In this document: piece by piece, positions 17,144 to 27,336 of the stretch | How positions within the stretch are numbered: the stretch's first letter is position 1 | How the letters are laid out: each line of letters starts with the position of its first letter | NCBI RefSeq assembly: GCF_000186885.1 | Contig: NC_014972.1 | Coordinates: 360,001-392,000, forward strand | From: Desulfobulbus propionicus DSM 2032 | GTDB lineage: Bacteria > Desulfobacterota > Desulfobulbia > Desulfobulbales > Desulfobulbaceae | Reading direction: 5' to 3' | DNA length: 32,000 nucleotides | Translations under genes and position numbers: made by a program | Notes under the pieces: model-generated | The model's input: only the letters and a program-made list of their open reading frames with translations | Databases searched by the model: none | What the model was told of the DNA's origin: nothing

Positions 17144-18517
17144 ATGACCACATCGCTGCGTTGTTTCACAGCCTACGACGTTCGCGGCAAGGTTCCCGAG
17201 GAGTTCAATGCCGATATCGCCCTGCGCATTGCCCTGGCCGTTGTCCGGCACTGCGCGGTGGGCACGATGGTTGTCGGTCGTGACATGCGGTTGAGCAGTC
17301 CCGAAATTGCCGAAGCCGTCATGGTCGGCCTGGCAGCCCACGGCATCGACGTGATCGATATCGGCCTCTGTGGCACGGAAGAGGTTTACCACGCGGTCTT
17401 CAGCGGTGCGGACAAGGGCGTCGAGGGCGGGATCATGATCACCGCCAGCCATAACCCGGTGGAATACAACGGCATGAAGATCGTCGAGCGGCAGGCGCGC
17501 CCGGTTTCGCGCGACAACGGCCTGGTCGAGATTGCCCGCATGGCCGGTGACGAGACCTGGTCTCGGCAGATGTGCGCCCATAAACCGGCGCGGCCCGGCC
17601 GTTGCACCAGGATTACCGACAAGCAGGCCTATATCGCCCATCTCCTCAACACGGTCGACTGCGCGATCATGCGGCCGTTGCGTATCGTGGTCAACAGCGG
17701 CAACGGCTGCGCCGGACCAATTGTCGACCTGTTGGCACCGCACTTGCCTTTTGACTTCATTCGTCTGCACCATGAACCCGATGGCCGGTTTCCCAACGGT
17801 GTACCCAATCCGCTTCTGCCCGAGAAACGGGAGGCCACGGCCATGGCGGTACGTGCGCATCGGGCCGATCTGGGCATTGCCTGGGACGGCGATTGTGACC
17901 GCTGCTTTTTCTACGACGAAAACGGCCGGTTCATCGAGGGCTATTATATTGTCGGGTTGCTGGCCACCACCATGCTCCAACACCATCCGGGGGCAACCAT
18001 TCTCCACGACCCCCGACTGGTATGGAACACCCGGGAGATGGTCCTGGCCGCCGGCGGCATCCCGGTCATGACCCGCACGGGCCATGCCTTTATCAAGGCC
18101 GCGATGCGGTCGCTGGATGCGGTCTACGGCGGCGAGATGTCGGCCCATCATTATTTCCGCGCTTTCGGTTACTGCGACTCAGGCATGCTTCCCTGGCTGC
18201 TGCTATGCGGGCTGATGAGCCGTTCCGGGCAGAAGCTGTCGGCGCTCTGCGATGAACGGATGGCCGCCTATCCGGTGAGCGGCGAAATCAATTCCAAGGT
18301 CGATGATCCCGATGCGGTCATCGCCCGGATCGAACAACGCTACGCCGATGGCGTCAGGGATGACACCGACGGTCTCTCCGTCGAATATCCTCGCTTTCGC
18401 TTCAACCTGCGTCGCTCCAACACCGAGCCGGTGCTGCGGCTCAATGTGGAAACCAGGGGCGAGGCAAACCTTTTGCGCCAGAAAACCGAGGAGCTGCTGC
18501 AACTGATCAGGGTGTGA
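17144..18517 (+). CDS. Phosphomannomutase / phosphohexomutase
   Basis: AYDVRGKVPEEFN, active-site loop IMITASHNPVEYNGMKI, WDGDCDRCFF, C-terminal RRSNTEPVLRLNVE. Confidence 0.92.
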   Translation: MTTSLRCFTAYDVRGKVPEEFNADIALRIALAVVRHCAVGTMVVGRDMRLSSPEIAEAVMVGLAAHGIDVIDIGLCGTEEVYHAVFSGADKGVEGGIMITASHNPVEYNGMKIVERQARPVSRDNGLVEIARMAGDETWSRQMCAHKPARPGRCTRITDKQAYIAHLLNTVDCAIMRPLRIVVNSGNGCAGPIVDLLAPHLPFDFIRLHHEPDGRFPNGVPNPLLPEKREATAMAVRAHRADLGIAWDGDCDRCFFYDENGRFIEGYYIVGLLATTMLQHHPGATILHDPRLVWNTREMVLAAGGIPVMTRTGHAFIKAAMRSLDAVYGGEMSAHHYFRAFGYCDSGMLPWLLLCGLMSRSGQKLSALCDERMAAYPVSGEINSKVDDPDAVIARIEQRYADGVRDDTDGLSVEYPRFRFNLRRSNTEPVLRLNVETRGEANLLRQKTEELLQLIRV

Positions 18518-18702
18518 TTCGGTGTGCCGGCAACGGCCGGAGCGTGCCGATCACGTGGCGTTTCAGGCCGTTGTTCCTCCAACAGGCTCCTTGGGAACTG
18601 TCGCAGCGCGGATCGGTTGTTCTCTTCGGGATGCCACGGTGTGCGCGGAGGGGGAGAGGGCAGGACGTTTGAGCGTTTTGCTCCGGATGCCCGGAGCGCT
18701 GT

Positions 18703-19074
18703 TCAGGGGAGGGGATGCCGGGAGCTCTCTTCCGCGTACAGCTTGTGAAAAGCCTCCACATAGTTTTCCAGGATGCCGCGGTCGTTCTCGGAGAGGTGGA
18801 AAAATTCAATGCCGTTGTGATAACGGCCTGCCGAGCCGGTCGTATAGACAACACGTCCCATCACATCAATCAGCCGATCCTTCAGCCCCAAGGTGATCAG
18901 CACCTGCTGGCCCTGCTGCAACGGGAGATGCGTTTCCATCAGAATCCCTCCCTTGCTGACATTCAGTGTTCGGGCCATGGAATACGCGCCCTGCCGTCCT
19001 TGTTCGTCCACGACGAGGTAATCAAGTAAATTTAATGATTCTGGCCGGATGTATTGTCTGCGTTCCGTGGTCAT
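18703..19074 (-). CDS. PilZ-domain protein (putative c-di-GMP receptor)
   Basis: MTTERRQYIRPE...ARTLNVSKGGILMETHLPLQQGQQVLITLGL...GRYHNGIEF. The R-x3-R-type (ERRQYIR) and (D/N)xSxxG (NVSKGG) motifs are present. Confidence 0.8.
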   Translation of the reverse strand: MTTERRQYIRPESLNLLDYLVVDEQGRQGAYSMARTLNVSKGGILMETHLPLQQGQQVLITLGLKDRLIDVMGRVVYTTGSAGRYHNGIEFFHLSENDRGILENYVEAFHKLYAEESSRHPLP

Positions 19075-19348
19075 GTCAATCGTGGTGCGTGGTTTGAGGG
19101 ACAGGGAGCCCGCTTGTTCCCGGGAAACCTTGGAAGGGTGTGTGCGGGGTGGCATGTAAAATTGGTACATCAAGTCTACAGGTTGCCTTGTGCTTTGTCA
19201 AATCGCGCGGGATGAAAACAAAAGGCACGACAATTTTGTTTGTTTATTTTGTTCGCATGACAAATATGTTGCGTATGTCTGAATGGTTTGTGGCGAATTT
19301 TGTCTTTTTATCTTTTTATTTCATGCAATTAAATCAGAAAAAATAAAA

Positions 19349-19364
19349 TGGCACCTTTTTTGGT
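19349..19364 (+). promoter_or_regulatory. Candidate sigma-54 promoter for amt-glnB-glnD
   Basis: TGGCACCTTTTTTGGT: good -24 element and correct spacing, but -12 is TTGG rather than TTGC. Confidence 0.45.
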
Positions 19365-19592
19365 ATATAAGTGCCGTGGCGCGAACGCAGAAAACGGCGC
19401 GTGGGTTCCGCGCGAGGTGGTCTTGACTGGTGCCGGGACAAAAGGTTGCCGGCCGCATGTCCGGTGTGGCGGAATATGGCGGCGGTGTTTGTCGGTTGAG
19501 CGAGACGGACTGTTAACGAACGATTATTTCTTTGATTTGTGACGATCGATCAAATATAAATAACAAAAATGTAGAATTGTTCGGGAGGGGAG

Positions 19593-20813
19593 ATGATCAA
19601 CGGTGCGGACACTGCGTTTATTTTGGCGGCGGCGGGACTGGTCTTGCTGATGACCCCGGGCCTGGCGCTGTTTTACGCGGGGATGGTGCGGAGTAAAAAT
19701 GTGCTGGGCACCATCATGCAGAGTCTTGTGCTGATCTCGCTCGTCTCCCTGGAATGGGTCTATCTGGGGTATTCGATGTCCTTTGGCCCGGATGTCGGCG
19801 GTGTTATCGGTGATCTGTCCTGGGTGGGCCTCAAGGGTGTGGGGACCGCGCCGAGCGCCGTCTACGCCACCACCATTCCGCATTCGGTGTTCATGATCTA
19901 CCAGTGCATGTTCGCGGTGATCACGCCGGCCCTGATCGCCGGAGCCTTTGCCGAGCGGGTCCGCTTTCCCGCCTTTGTGGCGTTCAGCCTGCTGTGGGCC
20001 GTGCTGGTGTACAACCCCGTGTGTCACTGGATATGGGGCAGTGGCGGTTGGCTGGCGAAACTAGGGGTGCTGGATTTTGCCGGTGGATTGGTGGTCCATG
20101 CGACCTGCGGCGCCGCGGCCCTGGCCTCGGTCCTGGTCATTGGGCCGCGAAGGGGGTACGGGCAAACCAACTTCATGCCTCACAATCTGCCGATGACCAT
20201 GCTTGGCACCGGCCTGCTGTGGTTCGGCTGGTTTGGCTTCAACGGGGGCAGCGCTTTGGCGGCCAACGAGCTGGCGGCAACGGCCTTTGTCGCCACCCAT
20301 CTTGCCGGAATGTCCGGGATGGCCATGTGGACGGTGATGGAGTGGATCAAGCTGGGCAAGCCCACCACCCTGGGGGCAGCCTCCGGCGCCATCGCCGGCT
20401 TGGCCACCATTACCCCGGCGGCGGGTTTTGTTGGTCCCAATGCGGCGATTGTCATCGGCTTGATAGCGGGCGTTGTCTGCTATGGGGCGGTCAACATGAA
20501 GAGCCGGTTCAAGTTCGATGATTCGCTGGACGTGGTCGGCATCCACGGTGTGGGCGGGGTGAGCGGCACCCTTTTGTTGGGCGTGTTTGCCTCCAAGTCG
20601 GTCAATCCGGCGGGGGTCGATGGGTTGCTCGCCGGCAACGGCGCACAGTTGGGGACGCAGCTAATCGGCGTGGGTGTGGTCTGCGCCTATGCCTTTACCG
20701 TCAGCTGGCTGATTCTCAAGGGGGTGCAGGCGGTGATCGGGTTGCGCATCACCGAGGAAGCCGAGCATCAAGGGCTTGACTACACCGAGCATTCGGAAAC
20801 GGCCTACAACTGA
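19593..20813 (+). CDS. amt: Ammonium transporter
   Basis: NGADTAFILAAAGLVLLMTPGLALFYAGMVR...DFAGGLVVHATCGAAALAS...WFGWFGFNGGSAL; GGAGGGGAG ribosome-binding site. Confidence 0.95.
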   Translation: MINGADTAFILAAAGLVLLMTPGLALFYAGMVRSKNVLGTIMQSLVLISLVSLEWVYLGYSMSFGPDVGGVIGDLSWVGLKGVGTAPSAVYATTIPHSVFMIYQCMFAVITPALIAGAFAERVRFPAFVAFSLLWAVLVYNPVCHWIWGSGGWLAKLGVLDFAGGLVVHATCGAAALASVLVIGPRRGYGQTNFMPHNLPMTMLGTGLLWFGWFGFNGGSALAANELAATAFVATHLAGMSGMAMWTVMEWIKLGKPTTLGAASGAIAGLATITPAAGFVGPNAAIVIGLIAGVVCYGAVNMKSRFKFDDSLDVVGIHGVGGVSGTLLLGVFASKSVNPAGVDGLLAGNGAQLGTQLIGVGVVCAYAFTVSWLILKGVQAVIGLRITEEAEHQGLDYTEHSETAYN

Positions 20814-20852
20814 TGGCCGGGCCAGGCAACAGGCATCGCGGGGTGAGTCTGA

Positions 20853-21208
<356 letters not shown>

Positions 21209-21209
<1 letters not shown>

Positions 21210-23827
21210 TGGCCGCGACCTTGCGACCGCGCCAGGAGGCACTGGTCGAGGCATGGCGGCAGGGCCTCAGCGGTCAGGAGATCCTGCGCCGTTCGGCAAC
21301 GCTGGTGGACGAGTTCATCATCGACCGTTTTGACAGCGCGCCGGCGGTACAGCAGGTTCGCGGGTCGATCGCCGTTGTCGCCTTGGGAGGCTATGGACGT
21401 CGGGAGTTATCCCCTTGTTCGGATATCGACCTGCTGCTGCTTCACGACCGATGGTCGAAAAAGCACATGCGCGAGGTGGCCGAGGCCCTGCTCTATCCCC
21501 TGTGGGATGAAGGTTTCGAGGTGGGGCACAGTGTGCGCGGGGTCAAGGATGCCATCCGGTTCGCCCTTGATGATTTCCACTTTCAGGTGGCTCTGCTCGA
21601 TGCCCGTTTGCTGGCTGGTTCCAGCGCCCTGTTCGAGGCCTTGCGGGCCCAATACACCAAGCAGGTGTTCGAGGGCCGCCGGGAGGCGTTTATCCGCGCC
21701 ATGGATGCGGCCAAACAGGAACGCTGGCAAAAGTTCGGGAGCCATACCTACCTGCTGGAGCCCCATATCAAGGAAGGCAAGGGCGGTTTGCGCGACATCC
21801 AGGCCATGATGTGGGTGGCCAAGGGCGTGTTTGGCCTGCACGATCTCGATGCCGTTCAGTCCTCGGGAATGCTGGAGGCCGGCAACCGGCGGGCTTTGGA
21901 ACATTCGTGGTCGATGCTGGCCAAGATCAGGAACCGGCTGCATCTGCTCTGCCGCCGCAAGAACGATCAGCTGATCTTTGAGTATCAACAGGAAACCGCC
22001 GAAGCCCTTGATTATCGGGACAAGGACGGCCTGCTCGCGGTCGAGCATTTCATGCGCGATGTCTACAGTCACCTGCAGACCGTGTCGGTGGTGACGGATC
22101 TGTTCTTCGAGCACGTGCATGAGGTCATGGGCTTGACCGGCGGCGCGGCGGTGGAACAGCAACTGGAACGATGCATTGTCGCCCGGGGCGGAACAGTGCG
22201 CTTGACCTCTGTTGAGGAGTTGGCGGAACGGCCGTACCTGTTGATGCGGCTTTTCCTCCAGTCCGGGCGGACCGGCTTGCCCCTGCACCACCGCACCCGG
22301 CAGATCGTGACCGGCCAACTCGATCGGGTCGACGAGTCGTTCCGCCGCTCCAAGCGGGTGGCCCGGGCCTTTCTTGACCTCTTGACCCGGACGGAAACCA
22401 TTTTTCCGGTGCTGGAAACCATGCTGGCCACCGGTCTGCTCACCCGGTATCTGCCAGAATTTGCAGGAGTCGAGTCACTGGCCCAGCATGATCTGTATCA
22501 TCTGTACACCGTGGACCGGCACCAGTTGCAGACCGTGGCCGAGCTTAGCCAGCTGAAAAAGGACCAGGCTGAGCTGTTTGCCGAACTCAAGGAAGAGGAG
22601 GTGCTCTTTCTCGCGGCCCTGCTTCACGATATCGGCAAAGGGAAACAGCGCGACCATTCGCAGGTGGGCGCGGAAATGGTGGCAGGCATCGGCAGCCGCC
22701 TGCGACTGTCGCCTGAGAGCTGCCAGACCTTGGCCTTTCTCATCCGTCACCATCTGTATCTGCCCGAAAACGCGATGCGCCGCGATTTTTCCGACCGAGC
22801 CTTCATCCATCAGGCAGCGGAACTGATCGGTGACAGCGAGCGGCTGACCATGCTCTATCTGCTGACCATCGCCGATTCCAAGGCCACCGGACCTTCGGCC
22901 TGGTCGGATTGGAAAGCAAGCCTGCTCTCGGAGCTGTATTTGACCATCAAGGCCTGTCTTGGTGCCGATTGCCACGTCGATACAATGGACAGGGACGGCG
23001 AAGAACAAGGGGTGAGCTGGCTGCGGGAACAGATCATGGCCCGGCTCGATGGTCAGCCCGCCCGGATCGAGATCGCGCATCTGCCCGCCGACTACCTGCT
23101 GAGCTTCAGTTTGGAGGCGGTGCTGCGGCACCTGACCATCCATGGTGAAAAATCGGCCCGTCTTCGCCAGCAGGTCCTGCTCTTTGCCGAGCCGGGCAGC
23201 CGATCCTGGTCCCTGCTGATCATGGGACCGGATAAGGTGGGGCTGCTGGCCAAATTGTGCGGCGTGCTCGCCCTGCACAACTTGAGCGTGCTGTCGGCGC
23301 AGATTTTTACCTGGCCGGACGGCACGGTGGTCGATACCCTTGAAGTCTCCCCGGCCACCGCCCGCGGCTTTGACGAGGTGGATTGGCCGGCGGTTGAGCG
23401 GGATCTGAACTTGGCGATCAACTACCGTCTCGATGTCGGTTTTCAGCTCAACGAGCGGACTCGGCCGCCGTGGTGGGGCGGGGGACGGCCGGTGCAGCAA
23501 CTGGAGCGGAAGGTGGTCATTGATAATCAGACCTCGCACCAGTACACCATTGTCGAGGTCTATGGAGCTGACAGTCGCAGCACCCTCTACCACCTGACCC
23601 AGACCTTGGCCGATTTTGGGCTGGCCATCCACCGGGCCCGTATCGCCACCGAGGTCGAGCAGCTGATCGATGTGTTTTATGTGCGGACGCAAGCGGGCGA
23701 CAAGCTGACCGATGTCGAGGCCATGGACAAGGTTCGCCTGACCCTGATGCATCTCATCGGCGAGGATGCCGCCAATGAGGCGGTGGCCGCCCAGAAGGAA
23801 ACAGGCAGGACATGCAGTGCCCAGTAG
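21209..23827 (+). CDS. glnD: [Protein-PII] uridylyltransferase/uridylyl-removing enzyme
   Basis: GGYGRRELSPCSDIDLLLL nucleotidyltransferase motif; FLAALLHDIGKGKQRDHS HD motif; two C-terminal ACT-like segments; ATG overlaps the glnB stop. Confidence 0.95.
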
Positions 23828-23887
23828 TCGAAAAATAATCCGGTGTGCCGGATTGCTTAATCAACCATCCAGGATAGGAGATGAGTT

Positions 23888-25216
23888 ATGACACGCGATG
23901 AAATAATGAAGATTATCAAAGAGAAGAATGTCAATTTCTTCCGCCTCCAGTTCGTCGATATTTTCGGCGCGATGAAGAACATCGCCATGCCGCTCAGCCA
24001 GATCGAGAAGGCGCTTGACGGCAAGATCATGTTCGACGGTTCGTCCATCGAGGGATTTGTTCGCATCAACGAATCGGACATGTACCTCAAGCCGGACTAT
24101 GACACCTTTGTCCTGTTGCCCTGGCGCGAAAAAGACGGCAGCAATGCCGCCCGGGTCATCTGCGATGTCTACAAGCCGGACGGCACCCCGTTCATCGGCT
24201 GTCCGCGCAACAACCTCAAGCGGGTGCTCGCCGAGGCCAAGGCCATGGGCTACACGATGAACGTCGGCACCGAGTGCGAATTCTTCCTCTTCCGCCGCGA
24301 CGAGGAGGGCCTGGCCACCACCATCACCGATGACGTGACCGGCTATTTCGACGTGGAGCCCGACGACGCCGGCATCGACTGCCGCCGCAAGATCATCCAG
24401 ACCCTGGAAGCCATGGGCTTTGAGATCGAGGCCTCCCATCATGAGGTGGCCGAGGGCCAGCACGAGATCAACTTCAAGTATGCCGATGCCCTGACCGCCG
24501 CCGACAACACCGTGACCTTCAAGTGGGTGGTGCGCTCGATTGCCGCCGAGTTCGGCCTGCACGCCACCTTCATGCCCAAGCCGGTGTTCGGGATCAACGG
24601 TTCCGGCATGCACACCAACCAGTCGCTGTTCAACCTGGACGGCACCAACGCTTTCTTTGACGAGAAAGGACCGTTGCAGCTGAGCGAGGTGGCCTACAAG
24701 TACATCGCCGGCATCATGAAGAACGCCAAGGGGTTCTGCGCGGTGACCAACCCGCTGGTCAACTCCTATAAACGCCTGGTCGCTGGCTACGAGGCCCCGG
24801 TGTACGTGGCCTGGTCTGCCTCCAACCGTTCGGCCCTGGTCCGTATCCCGGCCTCACGGGGCATGGGCACCCGCACCGAGGTTCGTTGCCCCGATCCCAC
24901 CTGCAACCCGTACCTGGCTTTTGCCATGATGCTGAACTCGGGCCTGGACGGCATCAAGAACAACCTGCCGGTCCCGGATGCGGTCAATGCCGACATTTTT
25001 GAGATGACCGCCGGCGAGAAAAAGGAGGCCGGCATCGCCAGCCTGCCGGCCAACCTGTACGAAGCCATCCAGGAACTGAAGGCCAACCCGATCGCCAAGG
25101 ATGCCCTGGGACCGCACATCTTCGAGAAATATATCGAAGGCAAGGAAAAGGAATGGGATGCCTTCCGCACCGCGGTGACCGATTGGGAACTGGACAATTA
25201 TTTGAGCAGATATTGA
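23888..25216 (+). CDS. glnA: Type I glutamine synthetase (442 aa, alpha-type-like length)
   Basis: [13 protein letters not shown]...[10 protein letters not shown]...GTECEFFLF...[12 protein letters not shown]...[31 protein letters not shown]. Confidence 0.96.
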   Translation: MTRDEIMKIIKEKNVNFFRLQFVDIFGAMKNIAMPLSQIEKALDGKIMFDGSSIEGFVRINESDMYLKPDYDTFVLLPWREKDGSNAARVICDVYKPDGTPFIGCPRNNLKRVLAEAKAMGYTMNVGTECEFFLFRRDEEGLATTITDDVTGYFDVEPDDAGIDCRRKIIQTLEAMGFEIEASHHEVAEGQHEINFKYADALTAADNTVTFKWVVRSIAAEFGLHATFMPKPVFGINGSGMHTNQSLFNLDGTNAFFDEKGPLQLSEVAYKYIAGIMKNAKGFCAVTNPLVNSYKRLVAGYEAPVYVAWSASNRSALVRIPASRGMGTRTEVRCPDPTCNPYLAFAMMLNSGLDGIKNNLPVPDAVNADIFEMTAGEKKEAGIASLPANLYEAIQELKANPIAKDALGPHIFEKYIEGKEKEWDAFRTAVTDWELDNYLSRY

Positions 25217-25243
25217 TCGAATAGATCAGCCTACGGTCCCTTC

Positions 25244-25276
25244 AAGGGGGCATTCCTTCGGGGGTGCCCCCTTTTT
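25244..25276 (+). terminator. Rho-independent terminator of glnA
   Basis: AAGGGGGCATTCC-TTCG-GGGGTGCCCCCTT followed by TTT: 13-bp stem counting two G-U pairs, UUCG loop. Confidence 0.9.
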
Positions 25277-25508
25277 CGTGCCCTTGGCAGGGAACGCCGG
25301 CAGCGACCGGGCCATGGTGGGCTTGGGGTGCGGCGCGTGTTTCTTGTCCGCGCGGGTAGCTTTCGGCGGGCGGTTCGCGTATAATGCCGCCACGTCTCCG
25401 ATGGGACGCGGCAGCAGACCCGCATGGTGCGGTTCGGGGAGAGCGAGGCGCAACACCCGGGGGAACCGCCATGCCGGAGGAGTGCTGCTCCAACCTCATG
25501 GCACCTGA

Positions 25509-26462
25509 ATGAACAGCAGCAACAGCGTTGACATCAACGGCAATAAGATCCGCCTGATCAGGGAGCAGAAGGGCTTGACCCAACTGTATCTCGCCACCGT
25601 GGTCGGCGTGACCACCGACACCATCTCCCGCTGGGAGAACCGTCGCTACCCCAGCATCAAGCTGGAGAACGCGAAAAAGCTGGCCGAGGCCCTGGAAGTG
25701 TCCCTGGAGGAACTGCTGGAGATGGAGGCTGATCGCGAGCCGGACGCGGAAATCGGCGGCGAGGAAGCAGCTGCCGACAAGGCGGTTTCCTCCCTTGCCG
25801 GACGAATTGGGGTGCCATGGCCGCGTGGCCGGTGGTGGATTCTTGCCGGGGCGGGCGTGCTGATCGTCGCTGCCCTGGCCTGGGCCGTGATCGTCACGAA
25901 TCGGTCCGGGATGGAGGCGGTGCGGATCATGCCCGCGCATACGGCGCCCAACCTGTCCTTTCCGGTGCTGATACGGATCACCGGTGCGCTGGATGCCGGC
26001 AACACCCTGCTCATCCGCGACGAGTTGTTGGGCGAGGGGCAGGCCATCGGCGCGGAAGGCGAGGGCTCGCCCAAGGAGTTCGGAAAAAATCCTCGGTGGA
26101 TCGGCAAGCTGGCCGGCGGCGAGGCGGCTTTTCTCTACCTGGTGAAGCCCGACAAGAAACTCCGCCCCGATGAGGAGATCGAGTTCGCTGGCGACCTCAT
26201 CACCCGGGAAGGGCAGAGTTTTGGCGAAAAGATCGGCGGCGAACGGCGGATCACCATTGCTCCCTATCACTGGGCCGACCGGGACAAGGATTACGTCATC
26301 AGTGACAGCGAAATTCTCAGAGCTCATGAAACCTATTCCCTGCCGGGAAGCAATTTGATCGATTTCAACGAGATCGAGGAGCTGTGGCTCGCCGGCAAGT
26401 ACGACTGGAACAAAAAAACGCAGACCTTTGTCCCGGTTGCCCCGACTGAAGGCAAGCAATGA
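25509..26462 (+). CDS. Membrane-anchored XRE-type HTH regulator with extracytoplasmic EF-hand-like region
   Basis: HTH IRLIREQKGLTQLYLATVVGVTTDTISRWENRRYPSIKLENAKKLAEAL; TM WWILAGAGVLIVAALAWAVIV; EF-like loop DRDKDYVISDSE. Confidence 0.8.
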   Translation: MNSSNSVDINGNKIRLIREQKGLTQLYLATVVGVTTDTISRWENRRYPSIKLENAKKLAEALEVSLEELLEMEADREPDAEIGGEEAAADKAVSSLAGRIGVPWPRGRWWILAGAGVLIVAALAWAVIVTNRSGMEAVRIMPAHTAPNLSFPVLIRITGALDAGNTLLIRDELLGEGQAIGAEGEGSPKEFGKNPRWIGKLAGGEAAFLYLVKPDKKLRPDEEIEFAGDLITREGQSFGEKIGGERRITIAPYHWADRDKDYVISDSEILRAHETYSLPGSNLIDFNEIEELWLAGKYDWNKKTQTFVPVAPTEGKQ

Positions 26463-26590
26463 GCGCGCTGGGCGTGGTTGTCCGCTGCTATCGAGCGGCT
26501 CCGTCCTGGCCGGTCTCATTGTCGGAACAGAACCGCCCCTGAAGGCGCGGCGCCAAGCGGAGCCCCGCGTTTTCGCGCAAGGAGGAATGG

Positions 26591-27274
26591 ATGTATATTG
26601 GCCAAATCATGCACACCAAGCTGATCACCGTGTCGCCGGAAACCACCCTGGTCGAGGCCCGCGAACTGATCGCCATGCACCAGATCGAGCACCTGCTGGT
26701 GGTCAGCAACCGCGGACGGCTGGTTGGCGTTGTGTCCGATCGCGACCTCAAGCAGAACTGGGCCTCTCCGGCCACCGCCCTCAGCGCCCACGAGCTCCAT
26801 TACCTCCTGGAAAAGGTCGAGGTGGGCATGATCATGGTGAGAACGGTCAAGACCGTCACCCCGGAAACCACCATCGAACGGGCCGCCTCGATCATGCAAG
26901 CCGAGAAGATCGGTTCCCTGCCGGTGATGGTGGGCGACACCCTGGTTGGGATCGTCACCAGCACCGATGTCATGGCCGTGCTGCTCCAGGCCATCGGCAT
27001 GGGCGAGGAGAGCATGCGCCTCGGGGTCCTGGTCGACGACCGGATCGGCCGGCTGGCCGAGGTCACCGCGATTTTTCAGCAACAGGGCATCAACATTCAG
27101 AGCTTCTTCTGCTGGCCGGTCAAGGACTCTCCCGACATCTTCCATCTGGTGATCCGGGTGGCCAAGGCGGAGGGGGACAGGGCGATTGCCGCCCTGGAGG
27201 CCAAGGGGTTTCGGATATTGACCCGTTACGAGCCCGATTTGCAACCCTTCCTGCCACGATCAACAGGCAGGTGA
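26591..27274 (+). CDS. CBS-domain pair plus ACT domain protein (AcuB-like)
   Basis: IMHTKLITVSPETTLVEARELI...HLLVVSNRGRLVGVVSDRDL; second CBS MIMVRTVKTVTPETTIERAASIM...GTLVGIVTSTDV-like; C-terminal ACT-like LVDDRIGRLAEVTAIFQQQGINIQSF. Confidence 0.88.
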   Translation: MYIGQIMHTKLITVSPETTLVEARELIAMHQIEHLLVVSNRGRLVGVVSDRDLKQNWASPATALSAHELHYLLEKVEVGMIMVRTVKTVTPETTIERAASIMQAEKIGSLPVMVGDTLVGIVTSTDVMAVLLQAIGMGEESMRLGVLVDDRIGRLAEVTAIFQQQGINIQSFFCWPVKDSPDIFHLVIRVAKAEGDRAIAALEAKGFRILTRYEPDLQPFLPRSTGR

Positions 27275-27298
27275 TTGTTGCCGGCATCGTTCCCTGAT

Positions 27299-27329
27299 CG
27301 CGCCGGACGCCCGTTCCGCATCCGGCGCG
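27299..27329. terminator. Candidate hairpin terminator between convergent genes
   Basis: CGCGCCGGACGC-CCGTTCC-GCATCCGGCGCG, 12-bp stem with one G-T pair. No strong T-tract. Confidence 0.5.
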
Positions 27330-27336
27330 CGCTTGC

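Noticed and set aside
16952-18151. 399-aa minus-strand ORF opposite the phosphohexomutase
   Set aside because: Mirror ORF of a high-GC gene with clear TASHNP and other motifs on the plus strand.
19140-19346. 68-aa plus-strand ORF between PilZ and amt
   Set aside because: No ribosome-binding site, poor codon character, and it ends immediately before the sigma-54-like motif; better explained as non-coding.
22475-23752. 425-aa minus-strand ORF opposite glnD
   Set aside because: Fully antisense to confident glnD, in a GC-rich region where shadow ORFs are expected; composition rich in H, Q and G with no family features.
23836-23858. Possible sigma-54 promoter before glnA (CGGTGTGCCGGATTGCT)
   Set aside because: GG-to-GC spacing is 11 rather than 10 and the -24 element lacks TGGCAC.
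25400-25480. Resemblance of GCAGACCCGCATGGTGCGGTTCGGGGAGAG to group II intron tail sequence
   Set aside because: Too short and no reverse transcriptase or domain V hairpin nearby; recorded only as part of the structured leader.
25242-26519. 425-aa minus-strand ORF opposite the XRE gene
   Set aside because: Antisense shadow of a well-supported HTH protein; starts inside the glnA terminator region.
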